In this document: in pieces, positions 10,084-20,673 of the stretch
Layout: each line of letters opens with the position of its first letter
Numbering within the stretch: position 1 is the stretch's first letter
Virus record (IMG/VR): IMGVR_UViG_3300045988_065523
Location: 1 to 24,313 of that record
Origin: a virus
Strand: one strand, 5' to 3'
Length of the DNA: 24,313 nt
The notes under the pieces: generated by a model
What the model saw: the letters and a program-made list of their open reading frames with translations, nothing else
The model's database searches: none
Told to the model about the DNA's origin: nothing
Position numbers and translations under genes: made by a program

Positions 10084-10989
10084 TTAGGCTTTGGCACCAA
10101 GAACTACCTCATCAGGGAATGCAACCTGTACGCCAGCGTTAAATTCAATAGCTAATCTAAATTCGCGGAAATCTTGTGAATACCACAATTCAAACTTCTC
10201 TTCATCGTTCATCATATCGCAACCATAGAAGAAGTTCTTATCTAACTGACCAGCAACAATCTTATCAGTTCCATTAAGACCATTAACAGCGATTACTTTA
10301 ACCTGCGAACCAGGAAGCATAATCTCACCGTTAAGATTCTCACCACTATAATGGTAGTAGTTCTTAGCAACTAACTCCTGGATAAATTTACGGAAAGTAT
10401 CACTGCCAACTAAGATAGAAGCACCATCCAGAACCTTCTCAGGAATAGCGTTATAAACAGCCATAATGTCATCATAAGCAGATGCTCCAGTAATCGTTAC
10501 ATCAACAGTACCAGCATCATTTTTTAAGATCTTTAACAGACCATCGAAATAGCTAAGGTTGTTCGTACTAGAACTAGTATCACCTTGCCAGATAGCGGTT
10601 TCAATAGCGGCTTTAACATTCTCAACTACACCACTAATAAAGTCCTCTTCGAAAGGAAGCGTTTTCTGACCAGCAGCAACGCGAACCTGATACTGAGTCC
10701 AATATTTAAGCATAGCTTTGTCGCAATAAGCCATATTAATCTTGATATTTCCAGTCGTAAGAACTCGTTGTGAAAGAGTCTGCGTTCCAGCCTCATCCCA
10801 TCCACAAGTCAGACCATCTCTAAATTCAACATCAGTTGAAAGTAAGTTAAGAGCAGCTGAAGTTTTAATATCAGTCTGTAAGTTAAATAAACTAGCACTC
10901 TTAGCCTTTAATACAGCCTCTTTTATCAATGGAAGACGTCTCTGCTCTACATAAGCAGTAAGACTAGTCATTACAGGACTATTTGCCAT
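10084..10989 (-). CDS. major capsid protein (HK97-fold type, 301 aa)
   Basis: It follows the scaffold-like gene in a protease-scaffold-capsid arrangement. It is the most GC-rich segment sampled. All Trp are TGG. The assignment rests on position and general sequence character. Confidence 0.75.
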   Translation of the reverse strand: MANSPVMTSLTAYVEQRRLPLIKEAVLKAKSASLFNLQTDIKTSAALNLLSTDVEFRDGLTCGWDEAGTQTLSQRVLTTGNIKINMAYCDKAMLKYWTQYQVRVAAGQKTLPFEEDFISGVVENVKAAIETAIWQGDTSSSTNNLSYFDGLLKILKNDAGTVDVTITGASAYDDIMAVYNAIPEKVLDGASILVGSDTFRKFIQELVAKNYYHYSGENLNGEIMLPGSQVKVIAVNGLNGTDKIVAGQLDKNFFYGCDMMNDEEKFELWYSQDFREFRLAIEFNAGVQVAFPDEVVLGAKA

Positions 10990-11011
10990 AATTTTATAAA
11001 TAATTTAATAA

Positions 11012-11614
11012 TTAACCAATAAAGTTTTTAAGCTTTTTATCAATAACAGGATTACCAGTCATTATTGAAGCTTTGCCTTCTATCTGTTCCTCAGCTGAAA
11101 ATGCAGCACTCATTTTGCTCATCTTTTCAACCGTCTTTTCTGTAGCTTCAGATTTACCCTCTAATTCAGCTACTTTCTTAACAAGCTTATCAACAATGTC
11201 ATAAAGCTCATTAATTTCGCGATGAATTGCATCAATTGCATCAGTTACAGTTTCTTTGTAACCATCAGTAGCTACTTCAGGATCAACTGGCTCTTCAGCA
11301 GTTTCTACCTTGCGTTTTCCACAAGCAGCATCAACTTCTGCTTTAGCTGCTTCTTCTGGATCAACCTCAGCTTTAGGATCAGTTACAGACTCTACTTTAC
11401 CGTCTTTAACAACAATTGTCTTTCCATCCTCAGTTACATACTCACCATCCTCAGCAGGTTTGTATTCTCCGTTCTCATCCTGAACATACACATCCATACC
11501 AGCGCGTAAGTCTTCATCTGAATCCCAAGTAAGTACACCACTTGATGTCTTTAGATCCGTAAAATTAGACAGCATTCTCGCTAACTCCAATTTAATTTTA
11601 GTGAATTTACTCAT
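11012..11614 (-). CDS. scaffolding protein (200 aa, acidic, coiled-coil)
   Basis: Highly acidic and Lys-rich, with low-complexity helical sequence (EVDPEEAAKAEVDAA..., INELYDIVDKLVKKVAELEGKSEATEKTVEKM). It lies immediately upstream of the capsid gene. Confidence 0.7.
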   Translation of the reverse strand: MSKFTKIKLELARMLSNFTDLKTSSGVLTWDSDEDLRAGMDVYVQDENGEYKPAEDGEYVTEDGKTIVVKDGKVESVTDPKAEVDPEEAAKAEVDAACGKRKVETAEEPVDPEVATDGYKETVTDAIDAIHREINELYDIVDKLVKKVAELEGKSEATEKTVEKMSKMSAAFSAEEQIEGKASIMTGNPVIDKKLKNFIG

Positions 11615-12209
11615 ACTTAAATTTAAAATTTTTATGATAGTTTTGTTTACCTTTGCAACATCTTATAATAGCACTATGATCAAATTTATCCTCTCGTTCA
11701 GCATCCATCGAAGAATCCCAAGTTTTTATATAAACATCATTCAAATCTGTTTGAATTATACGTTTACTTACTTTTTGCCTGGATTCTTTACTCTGTACAG
11801 AACCTAAACGTACTAATCTAAGCTTATCTTTTGTTTCATCGCTTATAATCCTTCCTCTCTGTTTTGCAGACATTTTATTTCTAGATTCGATTGTATGAAT
11901 CTGTCCTTTATTGCCTCCTCCACCTAATGTAAGATTATAACCATTTGAATAAGTATCAAATAATTTAATATATCTCATTTCTGCTTCATCCAGTTTTGTT
12001 CTTAGTAATTCAGCTGTTGAACAGCAAAATACTTGCAGAATATCCCATTTAAAGGAATCAAAACCATAATACTGAATTGCATTATGAAATTTATCATTCT
12101 TAGTTCTGTACTTATGTTCTTTTTGTCTGCGACTAAAATCATTAGTCTGCCCAACATATTTTGCACCATTAGTTTGATTGGTTGCTAAGTATATACATCC
12201 ACTATACAT
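11607..12209 (-). CDS. GIY-YIG homing endonuclease (GIY-YIG + 3 NUMOD3-like repeats + C-terminal DNA-binding motif), 200 aa
   Basis: Motifs present: CIYLATNQTNGAKYVGQT...RRQKEHK...AIQYYGFDSFKWDIL...NGYNLTLGG, then HTIESRNKMSAKQRG, SDETKDKLRLVRLG and SKESRQKVSKR, ending ...CCKGKQNYHKNFKFKY. It is inserted between the protease and the scaffold. Its stop overlaps the scaffold ATG by 8 nt. It is preceded by AAGAGGTTA-ATG, one of the few SD-like sequences in the window. Confidence 0.85.
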   Translation of the reverse strand: MYSGCIYLATNQTNGAKYVGQTNDFSRRQKEHKYRTKNDKFHNAIQYYGFDSFKWDILQVFCCSTAELLRTKLDEAEMRYIKLFDTYSNGYNLTLGGGGNKGQIHTIESRNKMSAKQRGRIISDETKDKLRLVRLGSVQSKESRQKVSKRIIQTDLNDVYIKTWDSSMDAEREDKFDHSAIIRCCKGKQNYHKNFKFKYE

Positions 12210-12219
12210 TAACCTCTTT

Positions 12220-12813
12220 TTAATGTTTAACTCTTTTTATCTTCTTAATCATATTAAGGATCTCTTTTATTTCGTCATATTCATCAGACTTTCTCTCTAA
12301 AGTAAATAAACCTTCAATTGAGAACCCTTTAAACTTACCAGCTTTAATTGCATCCCAAATAACTTGATTATCTACTTTATAAGTGGCAAATAAAGAACCA
12401 TCAGGAACATCCTGGAATTCAACTGGAGATATTCCTCTATTAATATCCTTTACATAGATTTCTTGTAGAGTAATTCCATTTAAATCAGAATCTTCTAAAT
12501 GTTCAATATTCACATCTGTAGTTCTTTTATCATACAGCATCTTCTCTGCCATTTTACGAAGAGTTTCCTTATCATACTGTATGTAGTATTCTCCGAGTTT
12601 CTCATCTCGTCTGAAAATTGGGGTATCACTTAACATTAAGCAAGATGTTACTAAATGCTTATCTTCATCCATCGAGAACTTCTGAGAATTACTAAAAGCA
12701 ACCCAGTTAACTTGTGTAGCTGGTTTACTTGTTAAAGCAACATATTCTATTCCATCACAATCATCAGTAATCACTGCCTGAAATAATGGAAGATCATTAT
12801 AAGTAATTTCCAT
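12220..12813 (-). CDS. prohead protease, XkdF-like (197 aa)
   Basis: It lies upstream of scaffold and capsid. The sequence pattern (...YVALTSKPA..., ...DKRTTDVNIEHLED..., ...GFSIEGLF...) resembles XkdF-type phage proteases. This is recognition by eye only. Confidence 0.6.
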   Translation of the reverse strand: MEITYNDLPLFQAVITDDCDGIEYVALTSKPATQVNWVAFSNSQKFSMDEDKHLVTSCLMLSDTPIFRRDEKLGEYYIQYDKETLRKMAEKMLYDKRTTDVNIEHLEDSDLNGITLQEIYVKDINRGISPVEFQDVPDGSLFATYKVDNQVIWDAIKAGKFKGFSIEGLFTLERKSDEYDEIKEILNMIKKIKRVKH

Positions 12814-12864
12814 TTTTATTAATATATAGCACTTTATAAATTTGTAATATTTTTAGAATATCTA

Positions 12865-12916
12865 ATGTAACCTTTTTACTCATATTTTGTAGTTAATAAG
12901 AATAAAAAAGTTACAT
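12865..12916 (+). repeat. 52-nt hairpin-forming element, copy A
   Basis: ATGTAACCTTTTTACTCATATTTTGTAGTTAATAAGAATAAAAAAGTTACAT. The arms ATGTAAC(C)TTTTT / AAAAA(A)GTTACAT are self-complementary. Its reverse complement matches copy B (21232..21282) over the first 15 nt and the last roughly 27 nt. It lies 9 nt downstream of the tape-measure TAG. Confidence 0.75.
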
Positions 12917-12925
12917 TAAACATTT

Positions 12926-15616
12926 CTAGAATGAAGCATTAGATTCAGTAACTGCTACCTTAGTTTGAGCTGAAGTAATGTCAGATTCAACAACATAACA
13001 CTTAACAGGTTCGTTTAAAAGGTCAGTTTCTTTATCTCCTAATAGGTTGCGAGTATATTCAACAGGAGCTGTATTTAAAGCAGCTGGTGCTGCCACTGCT
13101 GCAGATGCTCCACTCACTCCACTTGCACCTGATTCATCTACTTCTCAAATCTTTTTAACATTTGCAATACCTGCAACTACTGCAGCTGCAGCCGCAGCAA
13201 TACCTAAAGCAGGACCTACAATAGGAATTCCTGCCATAGCAGAGTATGCGCTATTTGCTGCACTATATGTATCAATTAAAGCTTGAGCTGTTGCAAATCC
13301 TTTACCTACTTTACTTTCCTCTCCTCATATAGTTGCCATACTTCCTGCAACACTAGATGCTACTGATAAAGTACCTTGTAAAGCCTGTTGTCTTGCTTGT
13401 TGTAAGTGTTGATAAGCCTGAGTATTAGCTTGTTCGTTTTTAATTTCAGCATCAGACAAAGCTCTCTTATTCTCATCAAGAATTCGCTCTATTTCAAGCC
13501 TTCTATCTGCAGATAATTGCTCATTAGAAAGTTGCTCATTTAACAATTCATTCTCTTGTAAAATACGCTCTCTAGTCAGTCTTAACAGTTCATTATTATA
13601 CTCAGTTTGCGCCTTATATTGATTATTTAAATCATCTCTGCTTTGGTAAGTAAACTTATAACCTGTTCCATTATAGTCTCCCGCCAAACCGAATGCCTTA
13701 GATGCTCCTTGAGTATAAGTAGTTTGGAATGTCTGTTCTACTGGCTCTCTAAGATTACTTGTTGAGGATAAATCTCTGATTCTTTTTAACTCAGCCTGGA
13801 AATCATTCCAAGCTTTATCTGCAGCACTTTTTCTTGCATTTTCTTCATCTTCTCTAGCCTTATCTCTAATTTTCTTCAGCTCTTCTTGATGCCAAGCTTC
13901 TACCTCTTCAATTCCCCTATTATACTTAATAGCTAATGCTAATAGTCTAATATATTCATCTTCAAGTTCGTCTACGGGATTTTTGGCATTTAGTCTATTC
14001 TGTAACCATACATCAAACTCGTTTATTTCTTCTTTAGCCTGTGTAGTGTTATTTTTAATGACTTCTATATCAAAAAATCCTCCGTATTTCTTATTAAGCT
14101 CAGCCACATCTTCAAACATCTTTCTAAGTCTTTCTTCTATTTCTCTGTTTAAGTCTGAAAGCTCATTATAAGTGTTTTCTTTGTTTTGCTTAGTATATTC
14201 GTATATCTGACCTTGATAGTCCTTCCAAAACATTGCGGTGGCTTTAAAAGCCTGCCAAGCAGATGCCTCTCCAAAATTAGTATCTTCTATCTTATGTTCA
14301 AGCTCAGAACGTTTATTTAAATACTCTTCGTAGATTTTAATTGCTTGCTCCTCTATAGCCTGAGCTTTAGCTCTTGCTGTTAAAGCAGCTACATAATTTC
14401 CAGTATTATTAATAAATGCATCCTCTGCTTGAGCTACAGTGTTAATATTTAAGCCAGTCTCTTTAATCTTATCTGCATATTTATTAAGGAACTCTTGTTT
14501 AGCATCTGCTGAATCTCCAACCCTCTCATATGCTATCTGAAGCTCTTTAAATATAGCAATAGACTTAGAAGAAATTTGATTAGTAGCATCAGTGATAGAT
14601 TTTCTAAATTCTTCTTGCTCTTTAGCAGCTGTTCTTATAGAAGATACATAATCTATTACCTTATTAATAGCTAATCCAATAGCTGTAGCTAAAGCTATCC
14701 ATACTGTTACATTACCAATAGTTTTAAGAGCTGTAGTTGCTTTTGAAAATGCTGTAGTTGCCTTAGCAGCTTGTGAAGTCCCATCTGCCAGCCCTTTCGC
14801 AGCATCTGCTTGTTTATTCAATGCTGCTGCAATTGCTGGAGAATTCCTTTTTAATCTCTCTAACTCTTCACTGGTGACTTTCATACTGTTAGCAGAATTC
14901 TTAACAGTATCATTAAATTTGCCAACTATGGGAATGGTATTAGAGACACTTTTATTAGTAGAATTTATTTCCTCAGGAGTGCCCATTACTCCTTGAATCA
15001 TACCTACTTTAAAATTAATATTGGCTCCCTCTAAATCTTTTACAACTTTAGAAATATTTCCCAATTCAGTACCAACATTTCCAACAGAAGTGCCAATATT
15101 ATTTAGTTTAGCGGCATCAATCTGATTAAGATTTTTGGCAGCATTATTCAACCCTGTATTAAATGGAGAGATAAAATCAGTTAATTTCTTAAACCAATTA
15201 CCTAAAGTAGGCAATTCTTCTAATAAATCTTTTATACCTCCCACACCTTGAACTAAAGCAATAGTAGATTGTAACTTAACCATTACTTTATTTAAATCTT
15301 CTGATTCTTTCCCAAATAAAGTAATAGCAGCAGTTGCAGCACCATATCCACTGGCCAACCCAGTGGATATTTTAGCTACACTTTCAAATCTTTGAGCAGT
15401 AGTTCTCGAAGATCTTGCTATCTGCTCATTAATCTTATTGAACTCTGATTGTCTTTTACCTAGTAATGCAAGAGTTTCATTATATTCCTTAGTACCAATC
15501 TCTAAATCATTCAGAGAACTAGATAACGCATCAATATCCTTCTTTAAAGAGTTTATTGACTTATTACTTGACTTAGTATCAATACTAATAACCTTTTTAA
15601 TTTCTGTTTGTGCCAT
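12926..15616 (-). CDS. tape measure protein, 896 aa, two sense TGAs
   Basis: Track ORF 13325..15616 (long and coiled-coil-rich) continues in frame: ...GSMATI-W-GEESKVGKGFATAQALIDTYSAANSAYSAMAGIPIVGPALGIAAAAAAVVAGIANVKKI-W-EVDESGASG, then into track ORF 12926..13117. TGAs lie at 13325-13327 and 13145-13147. The Gly/Ala-rich hydrophobic segment is typical of tape-measure proteins. It ends in TAG. Confidence 0.75.
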
Positions 15617-18600
15617 TAGATTGTAATATTTTTAATAGTATCTCCATTTAAAGTAAGTTCTTCCTCATATTTAACAACACTTGATAATTGTACTTCAAAA
15701 TGGAATGGAACTCCTTTTTGAACATATAAATAGTACTCTCCAGTTGTTGCATCACAATATGTACTATCTACAAAGTTGTCATTATCTACATAGATATAAG
15801 GTTGTACATCTAATACTTTACCATCTGCATCTATTACTTTTCCAGAAAGCTTTACTGATTTAGATGGATCAGGAGTTTGATAAAAATGTACTTGTCCTAA
15901 TCTTTCATAAATATCAGATTGAGCTACTAAACTTAAATAGAAGTTATCTTCAATATATTTAGGATTTTCATTATATTCAATAGTCATAGTACTAATTCCA
16001 GGTAATCCTTCCATTGGTGAAATATTTGTAATCTTCAAATTATTATACCAACTAACTTTCCAAGGAACATTAGATTCTATAGTTACAACTTTACTTCCAG
16101 CTTCATACCCTACAGTAACTTCTGGGTCACTTACTTCTATGTATTTACCTAAAGTAGATACTCCTCCTATATAATTATTAATGTCTTGAACTCTTATAAA
16201 TTCACATCTGGTAGTTGCATCAGAATTAACATCATAAGCATCTATTTTATTTAATACCCAATAACTATCTTCAAAATAGTAAAACTGTCTTAACATATCA
16301 AAGTTTACTTGTAAATCATTTAATTTTACAAAACAAGTAACTTTCTTAGTATTAACATCAAATTGATCAGTATAGAACTCTTTCCAGAATTGAGAATAAA
16401 TAACACTTTGTTCTGGATATGCAATTTTATCTATATAAATTTCTCTTGGTAATCCAAAATCCCAACTAGATATTACATAATTACTTGATATATTATATCT
16501 TATGAATTGTGGTAAAGAAGTTCTTTTAATTGCAATCTTAGCACCAGCTTCATTAGTTTCTCTAGTAGTATATAAATAGCAAGGTTCAGAATCATTTAAT
16601 ACAGACATTTCTGTAATATCATCAGTAATCCAATACGTAATAGGATTGCCATCAATATCTTTCATCTCTACATTGCCATTATAAAATAGTAATGTCGATT
16701 TAATTTCTTCTAAACTTTGCTCATCATTATCTAATGAATAGAAACAAGTCTTTGCAAATATATCATTACCAGGAACATCTCACCACTCTGTAGTCTTAGA
16801 TGAATCAATGAAATTTACTCCATAAAGATCCTGATCGTTTGTTTTTCTTTCAGTAGACGTAGAATGGAATAATTGATAAGTAATATTATCATTTAGGAAG
16901 CAGGGAACTGGCGAACTTGAACTATTAAAATAGTTTCTATAATACTTATCTACATCTCTTGCAGATATTACATTTTCATATAAGTTATCTGAGTATAAAT
17001 CTGTATTATCACTATTAAAATTATATCCTGTATCTAATCTCTGTTGCCCATAAGTTATATCATACTGTTTATTATATTTCTTTGCATAATACGTCTCAGG
17101 AGCTTCTTGTTTCATAGTATATCACTTCTTATCAAATAATAATAGATTAACTGAAAAATCTTTTGAATAATCAATTCGTTTAGACCAATCTGTTATCTTA
17201 TTTTTAAAGAAGTTGTTTCTGGTAAATATTCTAATAGTTTTGGAATCTATATCTTTAATAAAATATAATCCAAACATTTTAGCATAGCTAAGTAAATAAT
17301 CCGCAGGTGTAGATTCTGTCTTTAAAAGCTTCTGCTTAGTAATAAGAGCATCAGATGTTACAGCCGATGGCCAACTTGCAATTAATGTATATTGATCTGA
17401 ATCATATAAAAATTCAGATCATCCTGCTACTCTTGATGCAGTAACATTATTTGGGTTCATATTATCTGAAATCCATAAAGCATCTTGATTATAGAGACTT
17501 TCTGTTCTTCTGGCAAATTGAATTGACACCCTTATCTTATTTACTTTTGGCATATCTTTAACCACAAATCTAAAGGTATTGCTTCCAGTATCACTTTTAA
17601 AATAGTACCTCTGCCCACTATCTTTAACAAAATGGCCATAAATAGCCTCAACAGGAGCATCAGTAAGAGGATAATAATTAAACCAAGTAGATGGTCCAGC
17701 TTGAACTTGAGTATTAATCTTATTTGTAAAATTATACAATGGAGAATATGCTATAGGTTTAGATGGAACAGATTCATCATCGGCATTATATACAAGTATC
17801 TGAACAGTTAAAGATGTTCTATACGGATCATTATGATACTCAGTATTTCCCATTTTTCCATTGCGTACATAGGATAAATAAAGATTATTTGCAGAGGAAC
17901 TAGCATTAGCATTGAAGAACACCTGAAAATCCATTGAGATATTTACTAAAGTATTAGCAGGTGTTGCAGATAAATCAATAATATTTCCTTCTCCAGGAAC
18001 TATTACCTCGCTGCCATCAACAGAAGTATATCCTCAATTATATGAAGTTGTTGTTCCTCCAGGTTTTAATCCTACCCACCAGTTATCTGCTCCATATTTA
18101 ATAAGCTTTGCGTTCTCTTTAATAGAATCTGATTCTTCATCTTCACTACTTCCAAGCAAGGGAAGAGCTACAAATGATTTGCTCCAATAAGGATTTGCAT
18201 AATTAAAGAAGTAATCATCAAATATTACATCATATCCAGAATTCTCTTTTCTACAAATAGTTTCTATAAGCTTAGAAAGTTTTAACACTGGTCTTTGCAT
18301 ATAACTGCGTAAGTCTCTTATTTCCCATTCTGTATAAGCTCTATTTAATTGTGCTAAAGCATAACCATTATATGGAGTATATGTTGTTCCTCCATCGCTT
18401 GCAGATTTGGGAAATAGAGTGTCTCCTGCTGTATTTATTAAACAAGTTTCATTGTCAAAATTCTCATATAAACCATTATATGCAGGAATAAATCCAACAA
18501 AGCTATCTAATGTAGTAAAGTCGCTATTCCAATAATTATTAAATGATTTATTTACAAAATCTTTATTAATATAAAAATCCATTTCAGTATCAGCAGGTAA

Positions 18601-19065
18601 AACATTACCTTCCTCATCTGTAATAAAGTATTGTAAATCAGCAAGAGTTCTTAATGATCCATCTTCTTTATATTTAAGCCCATAGAAGAAATCTCCTAAG
18701 CCTCCATATAAAGTAATGTTATATGTAATGACCTTCTGTTTAATTTGTATGGTATTTAATTGCATATAACCAGATTCTATTAAATCTCCATTATAATAGA
18801 TTCCAAAATCAACTCGTTTTGAAGGATTGAAATTAATACCGCTAAACTGACCGTCTTCAATATGTTGTAATCTATCTAATTTATAGATTTCTCCAAATAT
18901 CTTATTATTATTTTTGGTACCAGGTATAGAAATCGTCTTACTAAACGAGTTCTTGACTATAGTGGGGTTTTGGAAATCCTCAACTGTATAAGTTATAGGA
19001 AGACTAATTCCCTCACTACAGTCAACCTCTTTATTTGCAATAAATAGTTTTATATTCTTTCTCAT
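15616..19065 (-). CDS. large tail/baseplate structural protein, 1149 aa, four sense TGAs (Dit/Tal-like N-terminus; BACON-like and CarboxypepD_reg-like C-terminal domains)
   Basis: Track ORFs 18034..19065, 17419..17934, 16780..17115 and 15616..16665 all share one frame. Every gap was translated with no TAA or TAG. TGAs lie at 18034-18036 (TSYN-W-GYTS), 17419-17421 (RVAG-W-SEFL), 17122-17124 (DKK-W-YTMK) and 16780-16782 (TTEW-W-DVPG). Its TAA overlaps the tape-measure ATG (TAATG). Confidence 0.8.
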
Positions 19066-19066
19066 T

Positions 19067-20671
19067 TTATTTTCTATATTTATCTTGAGAACTTTGTACT
19101 TCTATAGTATAATAAAACATATTTTTACCCTGATTACTATATGTCTTATACTCACAACTATTATTAGTAATTATTACAGGAATAATCTTATTATCCTCCA
19201 GATTATGTAAATATACCATAGTAGATTCTAATAGATGGTGCATCTTTGATGCTTGAGTATCTGTAAGATAATTAGTATATAAAGTCCATTCTGGAACTAT
19301 AGTGTTTAAATACTTATTTTTACTAAACTGAGAAGCGGTATTTAATACCTTTCTTATATAAGTCTGAGATTCAATTTGATCCGTTTGTTTAACATTACCT
19401 TGTACTAATAAACTATCCCATCCTCCATAAGCATTAGTATAATATAATACATAATTCTTATTAGTAGTATCAATCTGATAATTAATAGTTGTAGTAAAAG
19501 AGCCAGATTCAACAAATCCTATTTCATATTTACTCTTGCATTCCAAAAGTAAATTACCTAAAGGTTCTGCATAAGTATAACCATTAATTCCTTGTCTTAA
19601 TGTAATATCTACATTAGTTACTACTCCTTCAGGTGTAGTATAACGTCTATTAAGCACACCTTCACCAGTTGGGAATATCCAACTACATAATACATACTGT
19701 CTTGAATCAACTAAAGTGCTAATAGGGTCACTTAAGAAATAAGGCTTAGTTAAATCTGTATCTTTATAAGACCAATCATTAAAGAATGTTACAGGCTTTT
19801 CACTACCGCTTGAAGTTATTAATGTAAAGGTTTTTAAATAGTTAGGTATAATTTCTGTCTTTCCAAAAGATGGAAATATAATGCCGTTATCTAAAAAGTC
19901 TTCAGATACATCATTAAGTAAAAATTGTACTCCTGTAGCATCAGGATATTTATAAGCTTTACCAGCATAAATAGTATCTCCTGCATAATCAAGATGATAT
20001 TCTATAAAATCATTTAAAGTTTCCTCTTCTCATATATAATCTTTCCATATTGGAGATATATCTGCTTTAACCTCTTGTACAATATTAAAGCCATAACTAT
20101 AAGAAATAAACTTATTAGTTTCATAATAAGCTCCTAATTGAATAGTTCCAGTAAGATTAGTATTTCATTCAGTATTAGCATCTACTGTAATCTTAAACTT
20201 AATAGAGCAGGAATCTCATTCTAATACCTCAACACTCACTAAAGCAGTAGCATTTACTACATCACAAGTTCATTTAATAATATCTGCTCTACTTAATATA
20301 TATTCAACAGTATAAGTACCTCCAGTATTAGGCACTGTTATACTGCCATTTGCAGGATAATATCCAGGGGCTTTACTATGAAGATAAACTGGCATAGTAT
20401 CTTCCAATAAAGCAGTAGTATGTCCTCTTGGGTATAATCTAAATATTGTAGAAGAGTCCGTTGTAATCGTTGAGGGATTTCTAAAGTTAATAGTACAACC
20501 GCTTGTACTTGCATTAGAAATAGTAACATCTAATGGACCCTCTTCTGAATAGTCATCTCCTCATAGCCAATAATCATATACTCCTGTAAGACCCCATCCT
20601 GGATTTTCCCATTTAACAGGATATGTTCCTGTACTTCTTGGTATTCCTAATTTACTTGGTATAAATGTCAT
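19067..20671 (-). CDS. tail-associated structural protein, 534 aa, five sense TGAs
   Basis: Hand translation from ATG 20671 (MTFIPSKLGIPRSTGTYPVKWENPGWGLTGVYDYWL-W-GDDY...) runs in frame into track ORF 19067..19657, whose listed 'M' is an internal GTG Val. TGAs lie at 20561-63, 20270-72, 20216-18, 20165-67 and 20030-32. It ends in TAA. Confidence 0.8.
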
Positions 20672-20673
20672 TT

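Noticed and set aside
12865-12895. The conserved loop of the 51-nt element (ACTCATATTTTGTAG) as a Bacteroidota -7 promoter box (TAnnTTTG).
   Set aside because: The spacing is one nucleotide short (TAnTTTG) in copy A, and copy B reads TATTTGG. In copy A the element would drive antisense transcription. The case is not convincing.
20338-20529. Minus-strand 63-aa ORF in the track.
   Set aside because: It is out of frame with (20671-20529 = 142 nt), and nested inside, the reconstructed 534-aa gene 19067..20671. Its sequence is a low-complexity Leu/Gln shadow.
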